DNA from: Promethearchaeota archaeon
GTDB taxonomy: Archaea > Asgardarchaeota > Lokiarchaeia > Sigyniarchaeales > SOKP01
Assembly (NCBI GenBank): GCA_016839765.1
Contig: JAEOTP010000016.1
Location: forward strand, 64,001 to 128,000
Direction of reading: 5' to 3'
Length of the DNA stretch: 64,000 nucleotides
The position numbers and the translations under genes are program-made. Under the pieces are notes generated by a model. That model did not search any database and was not told the DNA's origin. It worked only from the letters and a program-made list of their open reading frames with translations. Each line of letters starts with the position of its first letter. Positions within the stretch are counted from its first letter, which is position 1. This document shows positions 39,529 to 49,510 of the stretch, in pieces.

Positions 39529-40770
39529 ATGTCTACTTTTTTTACAGAAGAGTCGTTGCAGAGAATACGCTATCTGCATTTTAAAATTAAAAAATTAGAA
39601 GAGGCCTTAGAAAAAGAGGAAGAACACTTCAGTTTGGATGATTTGAATCTTATATTAGAATATACTAAAATATTAAATATTAATTATCAAAATCACAATC
39701 AAGCTGAAATTATAAAAAAATTAGATATTACTCCTAATTATTTAGATCCTCTTGAAAATAATCGCGAAATTGAGATTAAGGATTTAATGTTTGAATGTGC
39801 TCGTGTCTTATCGGTTTTAGCCAAAGCCTACTCTCAATTATCTGAGAAATTTGAAGATGAGGAAGATTGGGAAAATTCAGTTGTTGCTATGTCTGAAAGT
39901 AGTAAGATTTATAAAACAGCAGCTTATTTCAGCACAGCAGTAGTCCTACAGAACGATCTCGGTAAAACACTAAACCCCGAACATCTTGAATTAAATTCGG
40001 AAGAGACTCGCGTATTGGCGCAAAGTGTCGCTGCTTTACGAGAAGAAAACAAAAATAATGTTTACTTTGCCTCAAAACTTTATGCAGGTTTAAGTAGCTT
40101 ATCAAAAAGAATCTTTTATTTAAAGAAACATGATGAAAAGAAAAGGCATCAGTTAAGAGCCCAATTTCATTTTGATATGGGAAAAGCCTGCCATTTAAAG
40201 GCTATTGCTTCATTAGAATCATCAATCACCACAATAAATAAAGAAAAAGTACAAAAATTACAGCAAAAAGCTAATTTTTATTATAAGAAGGCTGAAGAAA
40301 TCTGGGAGGATATGTATAAGGATTTACCTAATTTATCGGAAGAAGAGCAGGATAGTATCCAACTAAATTTATCCATTGTCAAGGATTTATTGAAAAATAA
40401 TGATGTGGAACCTTTAGATTATGAAGAGATTAAAAGAATACAGGATCCAGAACCTATAGTAATTATCCCTGAAAATTTAGCTCCATTTGTTCCCAAAAAT
40501 ATTGTATATTTGACCAAATTTGTGCCTAAAGATTTAAACATTAAAAGATTTAGAACATTCCAAAAGAAGAAATTAGAACAGAAAATTCCTTATAGTAAAC
40601 GAGAAAAATTAAATGATAAAAAAGCAGGAATAGTAAGAACGATTAATGAATTAAAATCTTTAAGAGAAAATAACGAAATTGATATTGAAAAATTTGCAGA
40701 ACTTATGGAGAAATATTCTACTAAACTTAAAATGATTGATACAGCAATTGAAAAATTAGCAAAACAATAA
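39529..40770 (+). CDS. Helical protein, Bro1-domain-like with C-terminal steadiness-box-like hairpin
   Basis: LMFECARVLSVLAKAYSQL, LNPEHL...VLAQSV, ASKL; C-terminal IVRTINELKSLRENNEIDIEKF. ORF certain, family call tentative. Confidence 0.55.
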   Translation: MSTFFTEESLQRIRYLHFKIKKLEEALEKEEEHFSLDDLNLILEYTKILNINYQNHNQAEIIKKLDITPNYLDPLENNREIEIKDLMFECARVLSVLAKAYSQLSEKFEDEEDWENSVVAMSESSKIYKTAAYFSTAVVLQNDLGKTLNPEHLELNSEETRVLAQSVAALREENKNNVYFASKLYAGLSSLSKRIFYLKKHDEKKRHQLRAQFHFDMGKACHLKAIASLESSITTINKEKVQKLQQKANFYYKKAEEIWEDMYKDLPNLSEEEQDSIQLNLSIVKDLLKNNDVEPLDYEEIKRIQDPEPIVIIPENLAPFVPKNIVYLTKFVPKDLNIKRFRTFQKKKLEQKIPYSKREKLNDKKAGIVRTINELKSLRENNEIDIEKFAELMEKYSTKLKMIDTAIEKLAKQ

Positions 40771-40780
40771 GGAAATTTTT

Positions 40781-41254
40781 TTATCTCTCAAAATATAATT
40801 TGCGATTTTTTTTTAATTCAAATTGTCTCTCAGCTTCCTCTTTAAAAATGAGGTCGTATACTTCTTTAAAAACCACTCCTAATAGTAAGACTTCTATAAA
40901 AATGATAAGGCTTGTCATCATAATTTGTAAATTATGTAAATTTCTGAGGAGTAAGGAACTTACTAGAAAAATCTGTGGCACGTAAATCAAAGAAACTATT
41001 CCAATTCTTTTTCCAAATTTAATAATGTATTTATTATCTAATTTGAAGGTTTTATTTAACCTCAAAGCTTCTATCATGTAATAGATGCTAAATAATATAT
41101 TCACAATACTGATAATTATTATAAAATCCCTATCGGATGGCTCTAATGCAATGAAAGGCTTTAAAACAATTGAACCAATTAGAAATGTAATTGAAAAAAT
41201 TAATAATACTAAAGATAATGACAATAGTCCATCATGAAAATCTTTATAATCCAT
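40781..41254 (-). CDS. Four-TM hypothetical protein
   Basis: Four hydrophobic segments. Confidence 0.7.
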   Translation of the reverse strand: MDYKDFHDGLLSLSLVLLIFSITFLIGSIVLKPFIALEPSDRDFIIIISIVNILFSIYYMIEALRLNKTFKLDNKYIIKFGKRIGIVSLIYVPQIFLVSSLLLRNLHNLQIMMTSLIIFIEVLLLGVVFKEVYDLIFKEEAERQFELKKNRKLYFER

Positions 41255-41370
41255 CTCCTTTCAAAAATTTAAGGTTATTCTCTCATATTTAAATAGTGTA
41301 AAAATTAAAGCTTTATTAAATGTAAAGGTAAAAATTATATTAATCATTATTGTTTGAGATTTAATACAAT

Positions 41371-43098
41371 ATGGCTCATTTAACCGAAGAAGAAATCGAA
41401 GATTTAAAGAAAATTCATCCTCAAAAGCGCATTTTACGGTTTATTTATCTAGTTTGTGGCAATTTTATCATATTATTGGGATTATTGTTATTATTTACAG
41501 GTTTTGATTTTGGCATCAAATTCGAAGATATTAATATTTCTTTTATCATTGATTTATTATTTATTGTATTTGGTATGATAATCGCGTCAAAATATTTTAT
41601 TGCCCCTTATTATCTTCGTGAAAATTCTCTAAAATTTGTAAATTTACGAAGTTTAAGGGAACCTGTTGATAAAACGGTTAAATTCTATTCTCTTACGATT
41701 TCAAGACTTGTAGCAACAATTTTTATGATTATGGCAGGAGTAATTTCTTTTTTAATTTTTGGTTTAGATGTCGGTCATGAAGTAAAGTATGGTAGTGCTG
41801 TTGTACTTGGAGGACCCTCCTTTTTTTATGTGACTGGACTTCCTGCTTTAGGGTTTGGATTTTGTTTATTATTATATTTTTTATTGAGCTTGTTTAAAGG
41901 AAGATTCTCGAAGTCAAAGAATTTTCTTTTCTTTTATGAAATTAGACCAGGATTTCCATGGTTAACTGAGGTACCAAAGAAGGATATAGAAGCAGTTAGG
42001 TATCAGAATAATCATCTGGGTCCTAAATTAGGATGAATTATGCTTTTATTCCCTTTTATTACCTTACAATTAATGACCGCAATTCCCCTATTTGCTATTG
42101 AAAAAGCAGGACCAGAATATGTATTATCATGGATTTTCATGATTATATCGATATTAGAAATTATTTCCTTAATTCTATTAATTATTTTTCCCCAAAATTA
42201 TTTCGAAATAGCCACAAAAGATAGACTTTATGAGATGTGGTTTTCTCCAATTAAATCTAAACACCAAAAGTATTTTAAAGATGAATTTAGCGATTTTTTA
42301 GACTGTAAGATAAAAGTATCACCTAAGAAAAGTGAGATTAATCAATCGAGTAATTCAAAAGCACCTTCTCTCTCAGAAAGCATTTTTTCTAATTTAGATC
42401 CTAAACAATTTCAACTATTTAGGTTAATTTTTGGTACATTTTTAATAGTTGGAGCAATAGTTATGCTTAGCCAAATGGTTTTATTCGGTCCATGGGTGTG
42501 GTGGATTTCATTGATGTATGGATTTATCCTACTTATTAAAGCTTTTTGTTATGATTTCAGTAATAAAAATGGAGATATGTTTCAGCTTGATGAACAAAAT
42601 AATATTTTCAGATTTAAGCGATTATTTAAATTCAAATTTCATTACATTACTGCATTTAAAGTTAAAGAAATAAAAATTATAAAGTGGTTTAGAAAATTAG
42701 ATTTTTTTGATATCATAGGATTAGGAGGATTGTTAATATTTTTAACCCTACAACAAGCTGAAGGATGGTTTTTAGCAGATACTCCTCAGTTAATTTCTGA
42801 TAACATTTTTAGTACATTTTATATGATTATCGTATTCCTGTTCGTTTTTTTCTATTTGTGTGTCCCTATTGATGTAATCGAGTTTATAACTCCTACAGTC
42901 ACGTATAGAATTAATGTAACTACTAAAATCAAGAAAAAGAACTTATTCTTCAAATATCTATACAATTTAAAAAACTTTCCGAAAGGAATTATTACAAAAG
43001 ATACAAAAAGAACATTTTCAATTAGAATAGGACTTATTGGAGCCTTGATTATAGGTACCTTATTCTATTTTATTATTTTTATTATTTTTATTTTCTGA
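41371..43098 (+). pseudogene. Polytopic membrane protein interrupted by one in-frame TGA (42034-42036); ORF track gives 41371..42036 and 42040..43098
   Basis: Same frame (offset 669 = 3x223); junction GGA TGA ATT ATG at the start of a TM segment. Confidence 0.65.
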
Positions 43099-43171
43099 AA
43101 TTTTTGTTAAATCTAGTATTTATATATAGATTTTTAAAAAAAGATTAAAGAAAAATTATATTTTAGTTATT

Positions 43172-43456
43172 ATGTCTGACCAGATTAAATTATTATTGTA
43201 TATAAAGAATATGTTATCAGATCTTATTTATTTAAACTGTGTTATCGCGACAGAACTGATTAGAGTAACTGAAAATACTGCTGCTCAAAGACAAGGAGAA
43301 GATTTTTTGAAACAATCTAACTGTAAATCCGAGCATAATGCTATAAATGAAAATATCCTTAATGTTTTAAATAAATATTATAAAACACCAGAAGATAGTG
43401 AAAAAATGGAAAAATTAAAAAGCCACGTTTTAGATCATCTTAAAGAGAAACAATAA
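43172..43456 (+). CDS. Hypothetical protein
   Basis: 94-aa ORF, 1 bp upstream of the IscU-like gene. Confidence 0.7.
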   Translation: MSDQIKLLLYIKNMLSDLIYLNCVIATELIRVTENTAAQRQGEDFLKQSNCKSEHNAINENILNVLNKYYKTPEDSEKMEKLKSHVLDHLKEKQ

Positions 43457-43457
43457 A

Positions 43458-43904
43458 ATGACCGATAAGAAAGATGAATTTGATGTTTTTGTGAATAAAC
43501 TTCAACAAGAGATAATCGAAAAGGAACTTGAAGATTTTAATCTGTATATTGTCAAATTATTTCATAATCCTCCTAATTGGGGTAAACCTTCAGACGAGAA
43601 AATTACCATATCAAATTCTTTTCAAGGACCTTGTGGTGATTTAATGCAATTCTTTTTAAAAATTGAAAATGATAAAATAGTGAAAGCAAATTTCATTACT
43701 GATGGATGTGGAGCGTCTGTGGCTGCTGGTAGTCAAACCACTTTAATAATAGAGGGAAATACATTAAAGTTCGCCGAAGATTTAACTCCTGAAGATATAG
43801 ATAAAGCTTTAAATGGATTACCTAAGGATCATAAGCATTGTGCTGAATTAGCTGTAAGAACTTTGAAAGGGTTAATAAAAAAATATAGAGAAAAGGAGGG
43901 GTAG
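43458..43904 (+). CDS. IscU/NifU-N Fe-S cluster scaffold
   Basis: NPPNWG, GPCGD, DGCG, HKHCA. Confidence 0.92.
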   Translation: MTDKKDEFDVFVNKLQQEIIEKELEDFNLYIVKLFHNPPNWGKPSDEKITISNSFQGPCGDLMQFFLKIENDKIVKANFITDGCGASVAAGSQTTLIIEGNTLKFAEDLTPEDIDKALNGLPKDHKHCAELAVRTLKGLIKKYREKEG

Positions 43905-43914
43905 GATAAGTATT

Positions 43915-44637
43915 ATGGTTGCATTAAAGATTGAAAATATTGACATCCCGATAATATCCGATAATATTAATTTAAAAGCATCTATATATTATACTGGAAA
44001 AACTCCACAAAAAGCTCCTTTTATCATTAATCTTGCTGGTTTATTAGATCATAGGGAGAGTTATTTTGTACGATTTTATTCTGAAAAGTTTGCAAAAGCA
44101 GGATATTATGTTTTATCATATGATTATAGAGCTCACGGTGAGACCAAAAAACAAACAGGACATAGATCATGGTACCGAATGGTAATTGATATTTTTAAAG
44201 ATATACAAATCGTGTTAGATTGGCTCATTCAAAGTCAATCCAAAAGACTATCCGATCAAAATATCATCCTTTTTGGAAGAAGTATAGGTGGGGCAATAAT
44301 TTTAACTTATGGGTTTATTGATGTACGTGTTAAGAAATTAATAGCTCTATGTACACGTTATGATTATCAAACTACTAATGTCAAATTTTCAGAAGAAATT
44401 ATAAAAAAAATCAGTCCAAGATATTTTTTAAAGAAAGATGACAAGAATATTGATAGAATTATAATTGCTCATTGTAAAGATGATAAAAGAATTCCATTTG
44501 AAAATATTTATTATATTAAAAATCATTTGAATTTGAATGAAAAAAATGTCCTTATCTATGAAAATGGAGGCCATTCTTTTAAAGGACATAGAGAAGAACT
44601 TTTTGAATCATGTATTGAATTTATAAAAAAGTTATAA
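43915..44637 (+). CDS. Alpha/beta hydrolase
   Basis: DYRAHG, GRSIGG, DKRIP, GGHSF. Confidence 0.88.
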   Translation: MVALKIENIDIPIISDNINLKASIYYTGKTPQKAPFIINLAGLLDHRESYFVRFYSEKFAKAGYYVLSYDYRAHGETKKQTGHRSWYRMVIDIFKDIQIVLDWLIQSQSKRLSDQNIILFGRSIGGAIILTYGFIDVRVKKLIALCTRYDYQTTNVKFSEEIIKKISPRYFLKKDDKNIDRIIIAHCKDDKRIPFENIYYIKNHLNLNEKNVLIYENGGHSFKGHREELFESCIEFIKKL

Positions 44638-44690
44638 GCAAAATTGGTAATTAATTAAATTAGAGAGTTAAAATTAAATGTGAAATTTAT

Positions 44691-45599
44691 ATGGAAAAAA
44701 TCTTAATAGTGGGACCAGGAAGTCAAATTCTTGGGGTAAAAATAGCTGAAGAATTAGGAATTGAGACTGTAGATACTGAGTCTAAAAGCTTTCCCGATGG
44801 AGAGAATTATTTACGCTTAAATATTGAAGATGAGACAATTATTCAAGGAAAAGAAGTAATAATTGTACAATCTACTGGACCAAGTTCAAATGCTGATCAA
44901 AATAAGAGATTATTTGAGCTTGCAATGATGATTGATTCAGTTAAAAGGATAGGTTCTAAAAAAATCATAGTTGTGGTTCCTTATCTCGCTTATGCACGTC
45001 AAGATAAGATATTTAGACCAGGTGAGTGCCCATTTGCTACTACAATTATTAGAATGATAAATTCCTTCAATATTGATGAATTTTACACGGTAGACCTCCA
45101 TGAACCTAAGATTTTAGTTGACTTTTCTTGTAAGGCAATTAACGTTGATTCTATGAAACTTTTAGCGGATTATATTAAAAAATTAGGAGCTAAGGATATT
45201 GTAGTTGTTTCTCCTGACAAAGGAGCTGTTGAAAGATCTAAGGCTTTTGCCAAATATTTTGGAGATGATGTACTCGTCGAATATTTTGAGAAAGTAAGAG
45301 ACGTTAAAACAGGAGATATCGCGATGTCAGGCAAGTTAAGTTTAAAAAATAAAGATGTAGTAATTGCTGATGATATCATATCAACAGGTGGTACAATGGC
45401 TACGGCAATTAAGTTATCAAAAGAAAGTGGGGCAAATAGAGTATATGCTGTAGCTACACATGCCTTAATGCTTCAACAAGCAAAATATAGAATTCTAAAA
45501 GCAGGAGCTGATGAAATAATTGGCACAGATTCTATCGATAATCAATTAGCTAAAGTTTCATTGGCTAAAACAATAGCAGATTATTTAAAATTTGATTAA
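44691..45599 (+). CDS. prs: Ribose-phosphate pyrophosphokinase
   Basis: FPDGE, PYLAYARQDK, SPDKG, DDIISTGGT. Confidence 0.96.
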   Translation: MEKILIVGPGSQILGVKIAEELGIETVDTESKSFPDGENYLRLNIEDETIIQGKEVIIVQSTGPSSNADQNKRLFELAMMIDSVKRIGSKKIIVVVPYLAYARQDKIFRPGECPFATTIIRMINSFNIDEFYTVDLHEPKILVDFSCKAINVDSMKLLADYIKKLGAKDIVVVSPDKGAVERSKAFAKYFGDDVLVEYFEKVRDVKTGDIAMSGKLSLKNKDVVIADDIISTGGTMATAIKLSKESGANRVYAVATHALMLQQAKYRILKAGADEIIGTDSIDNQLAKVSLAKTIADYLKFD

Positions 45600-45605
45600 A
45601 AGGAA

Positions 45606-46148
45606 TTAATAGCTATTAATTATCGTCTTGACGATTTCTCTAGTTTTTTTTTCCAATCTTTTTATTGTTGAATTATTTGTTATCTTAAAATTAGCTTCAT
45701 TCAATACATTAATAATACCAAATCCAATTTCTCTTTTATCTCTTTCAAATATTTCAATAAAATCTTTTGAATCATCGCTTCTATCCCGTTGAGCAATTCT
45801 TTTATATCTTAATTTATCCTTAGCTGCAATTTCGATTAAGGGGAATTTCCAATGTTTCCTAAATATATCAACTTCAGTTATAGATCTAATACCATCAATA
45901 AAAATAATATCCGCTTCTAAATTTTTAATTAATTCAACACATTTTTGAGCGATAATCCCTTCACCTTCCTTTTCTCTTAAATCTTTGGCAATTTTTCCTA
46001 AAATCTCATCAGTTGGTTCAAGGTTTCTAATCTTAGCTTCAATTCTTACAACGTCTCCCATATTTATGATTTTTCCTAAATCTTTAATAGCGTTTATTGC
46101 TGTTGATTTACCTGAGCCAGGAAGCCCACACAATCCAATAACCTTCAT
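45606..46148 (-). CDS. UPF0200-type nucleotide kinase-like P-loop protein
   Basis: GLPGSGKS, MGDVVR, DGIRS, RDKREIGFG. Confidence 0.85.
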   Translation of the reverse strand: MKVIGLCGLPGSGKSTAINAIKDLGKIINMGDVVRIEAKIRNLEPTDEILGKIAKDLREKEGEGIIAQKCVELIKNLEADIIFIDGIRSITEVDIFRKHWKFPLIEIAAKDKLRYKRIAQRDRSDDSKDFIEIFERDKREIGFGIINVLNEANFKITNNSTIKRLEKKTREIVKTIINSY

Positions 46149-46254
46149 TGCTCAAATTAAAGTATAATTCAAAATAAAATTAAATCATTATAAAAGAATA
46201 AAAATCTTTAAACTATAATTAATTTGTTAAAAAATTTATTTCACTGATTAAACG

Positions 46255-47505
46255 ATGAATGATAGAAGCAACAAGGATCAAGATTCAAAAAAAAAATCAC
46301 TCAATCAAGACAAATTTGAAGATTCAGGAGAAGATAATAACAATTTAAAATCTATAAGGTTGACGGAATTATCTCCAACTGATAAACTAATACAAAAATA
46401 TGGAATTAATCCTGCGAAAACACCCGTTTTATTGAAGCTTAATGCCTATCGAAGAATGGTTGGATATGCAATGAGATATGCTAATAATGAATTATCGGCA
46501 AAAAATTGGCGCGAAGTTTATGGAATCCTAATTGGATCTATAGATAACAATAAAGAAGTGATTATAAAAGATGCTATTCCAATGATTGTAGGAGACCGCG
46601 CAGGTGTAAGATATGAAAACAAACAATATGTTGATATGGCTCAAATTGATGAATCCGTATATCAAAAGTCCATTCAAGATAAAAAGAACGATTTTATAAT
46701 AGGATGGTGGCATACTCATCCTGGATTTAAGTTTTTTTTTAGTTCTGTAGATTGCTTAACTCAATTAGGGTATCAAATTCCAAATCCATTTGCGGTAGGT
46801 TTAATTTTTGATCATTGTGAATTAAAATCTACAGATTATTATCTAGGAGTTGCTGCACTACGCATGTTAAATCCAGAACAAGAAATGCTTTCTACATACG
46901 ATTTTACAGATTTGAAATTTGAATACCCTAAAAAAGATATGGTGAAAAAAGTTACTCCAATTTTAAAAGATTTAGATAAAAGTATTACAAAAGTCTTAAA
47001 GGAAGTAAAATATATTGACCAAACTTTACGTAAGAGGTATTTAGCTCAATTACAGAGAAATTATGGATTAATTTTAGTACCTAAAAGTGATATTATAGTA
47101 ACTGCTGATGAAGAGGAAGCTGAAGAGGATGAGAGATATTTATATGAATGGGATCCTGATTTCTTTAAAAAAAGTTTTAGGATTCCTAAGTTCAGAGAAA
47201 AAGTGGAAGAGGATATTAAAAAGTATGAAGAATCTTTATTAGAAATCAAGAAAAGTGATGGTGAAGCAAAATTTAAAGAAAAGAGAGAAAAATTTAAGAA
47301 AAAAATTCATGCACTTTTAGCAAAACCAAATGATTGGTATAATAGATGTATTGAAGATTTCACTAAACGTATTGAAATTATTTTTCCTTATTATGATTAT
47401 TTAGATACCAATGAACGTAAGATAATTGAACATTTTGAGTCTAGAAGCTCTGAGTATTATAAAATTTTAGACTATTTAAATTCACGTTCAGAATTTAATC
47501 TATAA
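46255..47505 (+). CDS. JAMM/MPN+ metalloprotease (Rpn11-like) with long helical C-terminus
   Basis: EVYGILIG and IIGWWHTHPGFKFFFSSVD (E...HxHx7Sx2D). Confidence 0.88.
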   Translation: MNDRSNKDQDSKKKSLNQDKFEDSGEDNNNLKSIRLTELSPTDKLIQKYGINPAKTPVLLKLNAYRRMVGYAMRYANNELSAKNWREVYGILIGSIDNNKEVIIKDAIPMIVGDRAGVRYENKQYVDMAQIDESVYQKSIQDKKNDFIIGWWHTHPGFKFFFSSVDCLTQLGYQIPNPFAVGLIFDHCELKSTDYYLGVAALRMLNPEQEMLSTYDFTDLKFEYPKKDMVKKVTPILKDLDKSITKVLKEVKYIDQTLRKRYLAQLQRNYGLILVPKSDIIVTADEEEAEEDERYLYEWDPDFFKKSFRIPKFREKVEEDIKKYEESLLEIKKSDGEAKFKEKREKFKKKIHALLAKPNDWYNRCIEDFTKRIEIIFPYYDYLDTNERKIIEHFESRSSEYYKILDYLNSRSEFNL

Positions 47506-47679
47506 TTAAATTTTGAACCTTTTTAGTTATTTCAATTGAAAGGGTGCATTAATATTTAAAAAAATAATTCTTATATATATAATTTAAAAAAATTTTATAT
47601 TCATTGAAGTATACTTACTATTTACTACTAAACTTTTTTTGATTCAATCATAGTAAGTTTTTATTAACGAGGTTCTTTC

Positions 47680-47997
47680 ATGGTTAATGATACCACACTA
47701 ATAATAAAAAACCGTTCTGATAAAGATAGAACTATTAAAGATGCTATTTTTGCATTTTCTGGAGGGACCAAATCACTAATGATAAAAGGTGAAGGTGATG
47801 AAATTTCAACTGCAGTGGAAGTTGCTGAAATTTTAAAACATCGGATGTACCCAGGTGTAGAAATAGCGAATATTTCACTGGGAAGCCGTCCATATTATTA
47901 TGATAATCGACAAGCTTATAGAGTTAAAAAGAAGGATAAGCAAAAAAAAGATTTAATCTCAAAGATAGAAATAACACTTTCAAAATCGATTCAATAG
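47680..47997 (+). CDS. Divergent Alba-family nucleic-acid-binding protein
   Basis: IKGEGDEISTAVEVAEIL...ISLGS...ISKIEITL. Confidence 0.8.
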   Translation: MVNDTTLIIKNRSDKDRTIKDAIFAFSGGTKSLMIKGEGDEISTAVEVAEILKHRMYPGVEIANISLGSRPYYYDNRQAYRVKKKDKQKKDLISKIEITLSKSIQ

Positions 47998-48005
47998 TTG
48001 TTTAA

Positions 48006-48170
48006 ATGTCATTTGAAAAATTAGGCCCATTATTGGGGGAAAATAGAACTTCTGCTATATGTGAAATTTGTAAGAATTTCATTTATAAAAGAGTTTATTA
48101 TGATGAGAGTTCAGAAAAAAAACAAAAAGTAATTTTTGTCTGTAAAAATTGTTTGAATAATAATAAATAA
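48006..48170 (+). CDS. Small zinc-finger protein, 54 aa (missed by ORF track)
   Basis: MSFEKLGPLLGENRTSAICEICKNFIYKRVYYDESSEKKQKVIFVCKNCLNNNK; CxxC-x23-CxxC; fills the gap exactly. Confidence 0.75.
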   Translation: MSFEKLGPLLGENRTSAICEICKNFIYKRVYYDESSEKKQKVIFVCKNCLNNNK

Positions 48171-48998
48171 TTAATTCGAATTTAATTGCTTTTCTGCTTT
48201 TCTTTTTTGTCTTTTTTCAATAAGTTTATTCCAGTTAAACGTCATAATAAAGAACATAAGAGTTATTGTAACCAATAACATTATTGCTTCAGTTATTACA
48301 CTTACTTTATCTTCTAAGATAGGAATAAGTGCTAAGATAGGAAGAAATGCATAGAAAAGAGTTGTTATATTTTTTCCTAACCACGCCCAAATAAGACATT
48401 TACGAAAGTTTATGGGCTTTTCTGACATGCCTAAAGCAATCCATAGAGGATCATCGGGAATAGGTAATGCAGCAGCAATAAATATGTACAAATACATACT
48501 TTTTGGATGTTCTACCACTATTTTGCCAAAACCTTGAACATTTTCAAGAGTCTTATTTGCTGCAACTTTTTTTGCACCTTTTCCAATTAAGAAACTGACT
48601 AATTCTCCTAAAGCGCTACCTAATCCACCAGCAAGAGTAATTCCTAAAATTTGCAACCAGAAATATCCATTTAGTAAAATCTCTCCCATTGTTAACCCTT
48701 GATATATATAATTTGAATAAATTGAATTTGAGAATGAAAAGAGTATAAAAGGATACGGTATAGGAAAACCTACACTAGCATTTCCAATCAAGCAAATGAA
48801 AAACGAAATTATAATAGCTAAAAAATAGCTAGTTCCTTCTGTTAAATTAGCAATATTCCTTCTTGCTTGATAAACAAGATTTTCTATTGCTGGGATTGTT
48901 AGAAATAAGACAAGATAGAGGATTATAGCTAAATAAAAAAAAATAAACACAATTGATAACTTTTTTGGTACTTTCATAATTTTTGTTCCCGTTTTCAT
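48171..48998 (-). CDS. DedA/VTT-family membrane protein
   Basis: GLGSALGELVSFLIG, ALPIPDD, GKNI. Confidence 0.8.
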   Translation of the reverse strand: MKTGTKIMKVPKKLSIVFIFFYLAIILYLVLFLTIPAIENLVYQARRNIANLTEGTSYFLAIIISFFICLIGNASVGFPIPYPFILFSFSNSIYSNYIYQGLTMGEILLNGYFWLQILGITLAGGLGSALGELVSFLIGKGAKKVAANKTLENVQGFGKIVVEHPKSMYLYIFIAAALPIPDDPLWIALGMSEKPINFRKCLIWAWLGKNITTLFYAFLPILALIPILEDKVSVITEAIMLLVTITLMFFIMTFNWNKLIEKRQKRKAEKQLNSN

Positions 48999-49387
48999 CC
49001 AGAAGATTTCGAGATTTTTGTATTTAATCCATTTCTTGCTTTTAGTAATAATTCAAGATTACCTTCTATCTTCCCAATCTTGTTTACTTTATTAGGCATT
49101 AGCATATTTTCAATAACTAAAATTAGTTCATCTGTTTTTGGATTATATATGATGTCGCCTTTCGCTACTTCTTTTTTGGATTTTGGATTAGTGCCTTTAA
49201 AAATTTCAACTCCTGGAAGGGTCCAATACTTTTTCCCCCCAAAATTATATCTCCCTCTTAAAACAAGAGGTAATTTATCTAAAATTGCATCTGCAGATAA
49301 AGGGGCAAAATGTCGAATTATATTTCCTTTTAATTCACAGATTCCAAAAAGATTGATATTTATAGGAATGTCTCCACTATCAGGCAT
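48995..49387 (-). CDS. Cyclophilin-like fold protein
   Basis: RHFAPLSADAILDKLP, GDIIY, NKIG. Confidence 0.75.
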   Translation of the reverse strand: MPDSGDIPININLFGICELKGNIIRHFAPLSADAILDKLPLVLRGRYNFGGKKYWTLPGVEIFKGTNPKSKKEVAKGDIIYNPKTDELILVIENMLMPNKVNKIGKIEGNLELLLKARNGLNTKISKSSG

Positions 49388-49479
49388 GATTTATTTATAG
49401 AATCAATTTTGCTATTTATATTATTTCAAATTTATTTTTAAAAAATTTTGTCCCATAATTGTTGGATTTAATAATAAGA

Positions 49480-49487
49480 TTTAAATA
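49480..49487 (+). promoter_or_regulatory. TATA box (TTTAAATA) upstream of the candidate ncRNA
   Basis: Centred about 27 nt upstream of G49511, the first base of the terminal helix. Confidence 0.55.
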
Positions 49488-49510
49488 TTCATTTCACCAT
49501 CTTATTTATT

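Noticed and set aside
42034-42036. Selenocysteine codon or genome-wide UGA reassignment
   Set aside because: Context suggests Trp, no SECIS seen, and TGA terminates other intact genes here (e.g. 7122, 10601, 19186).
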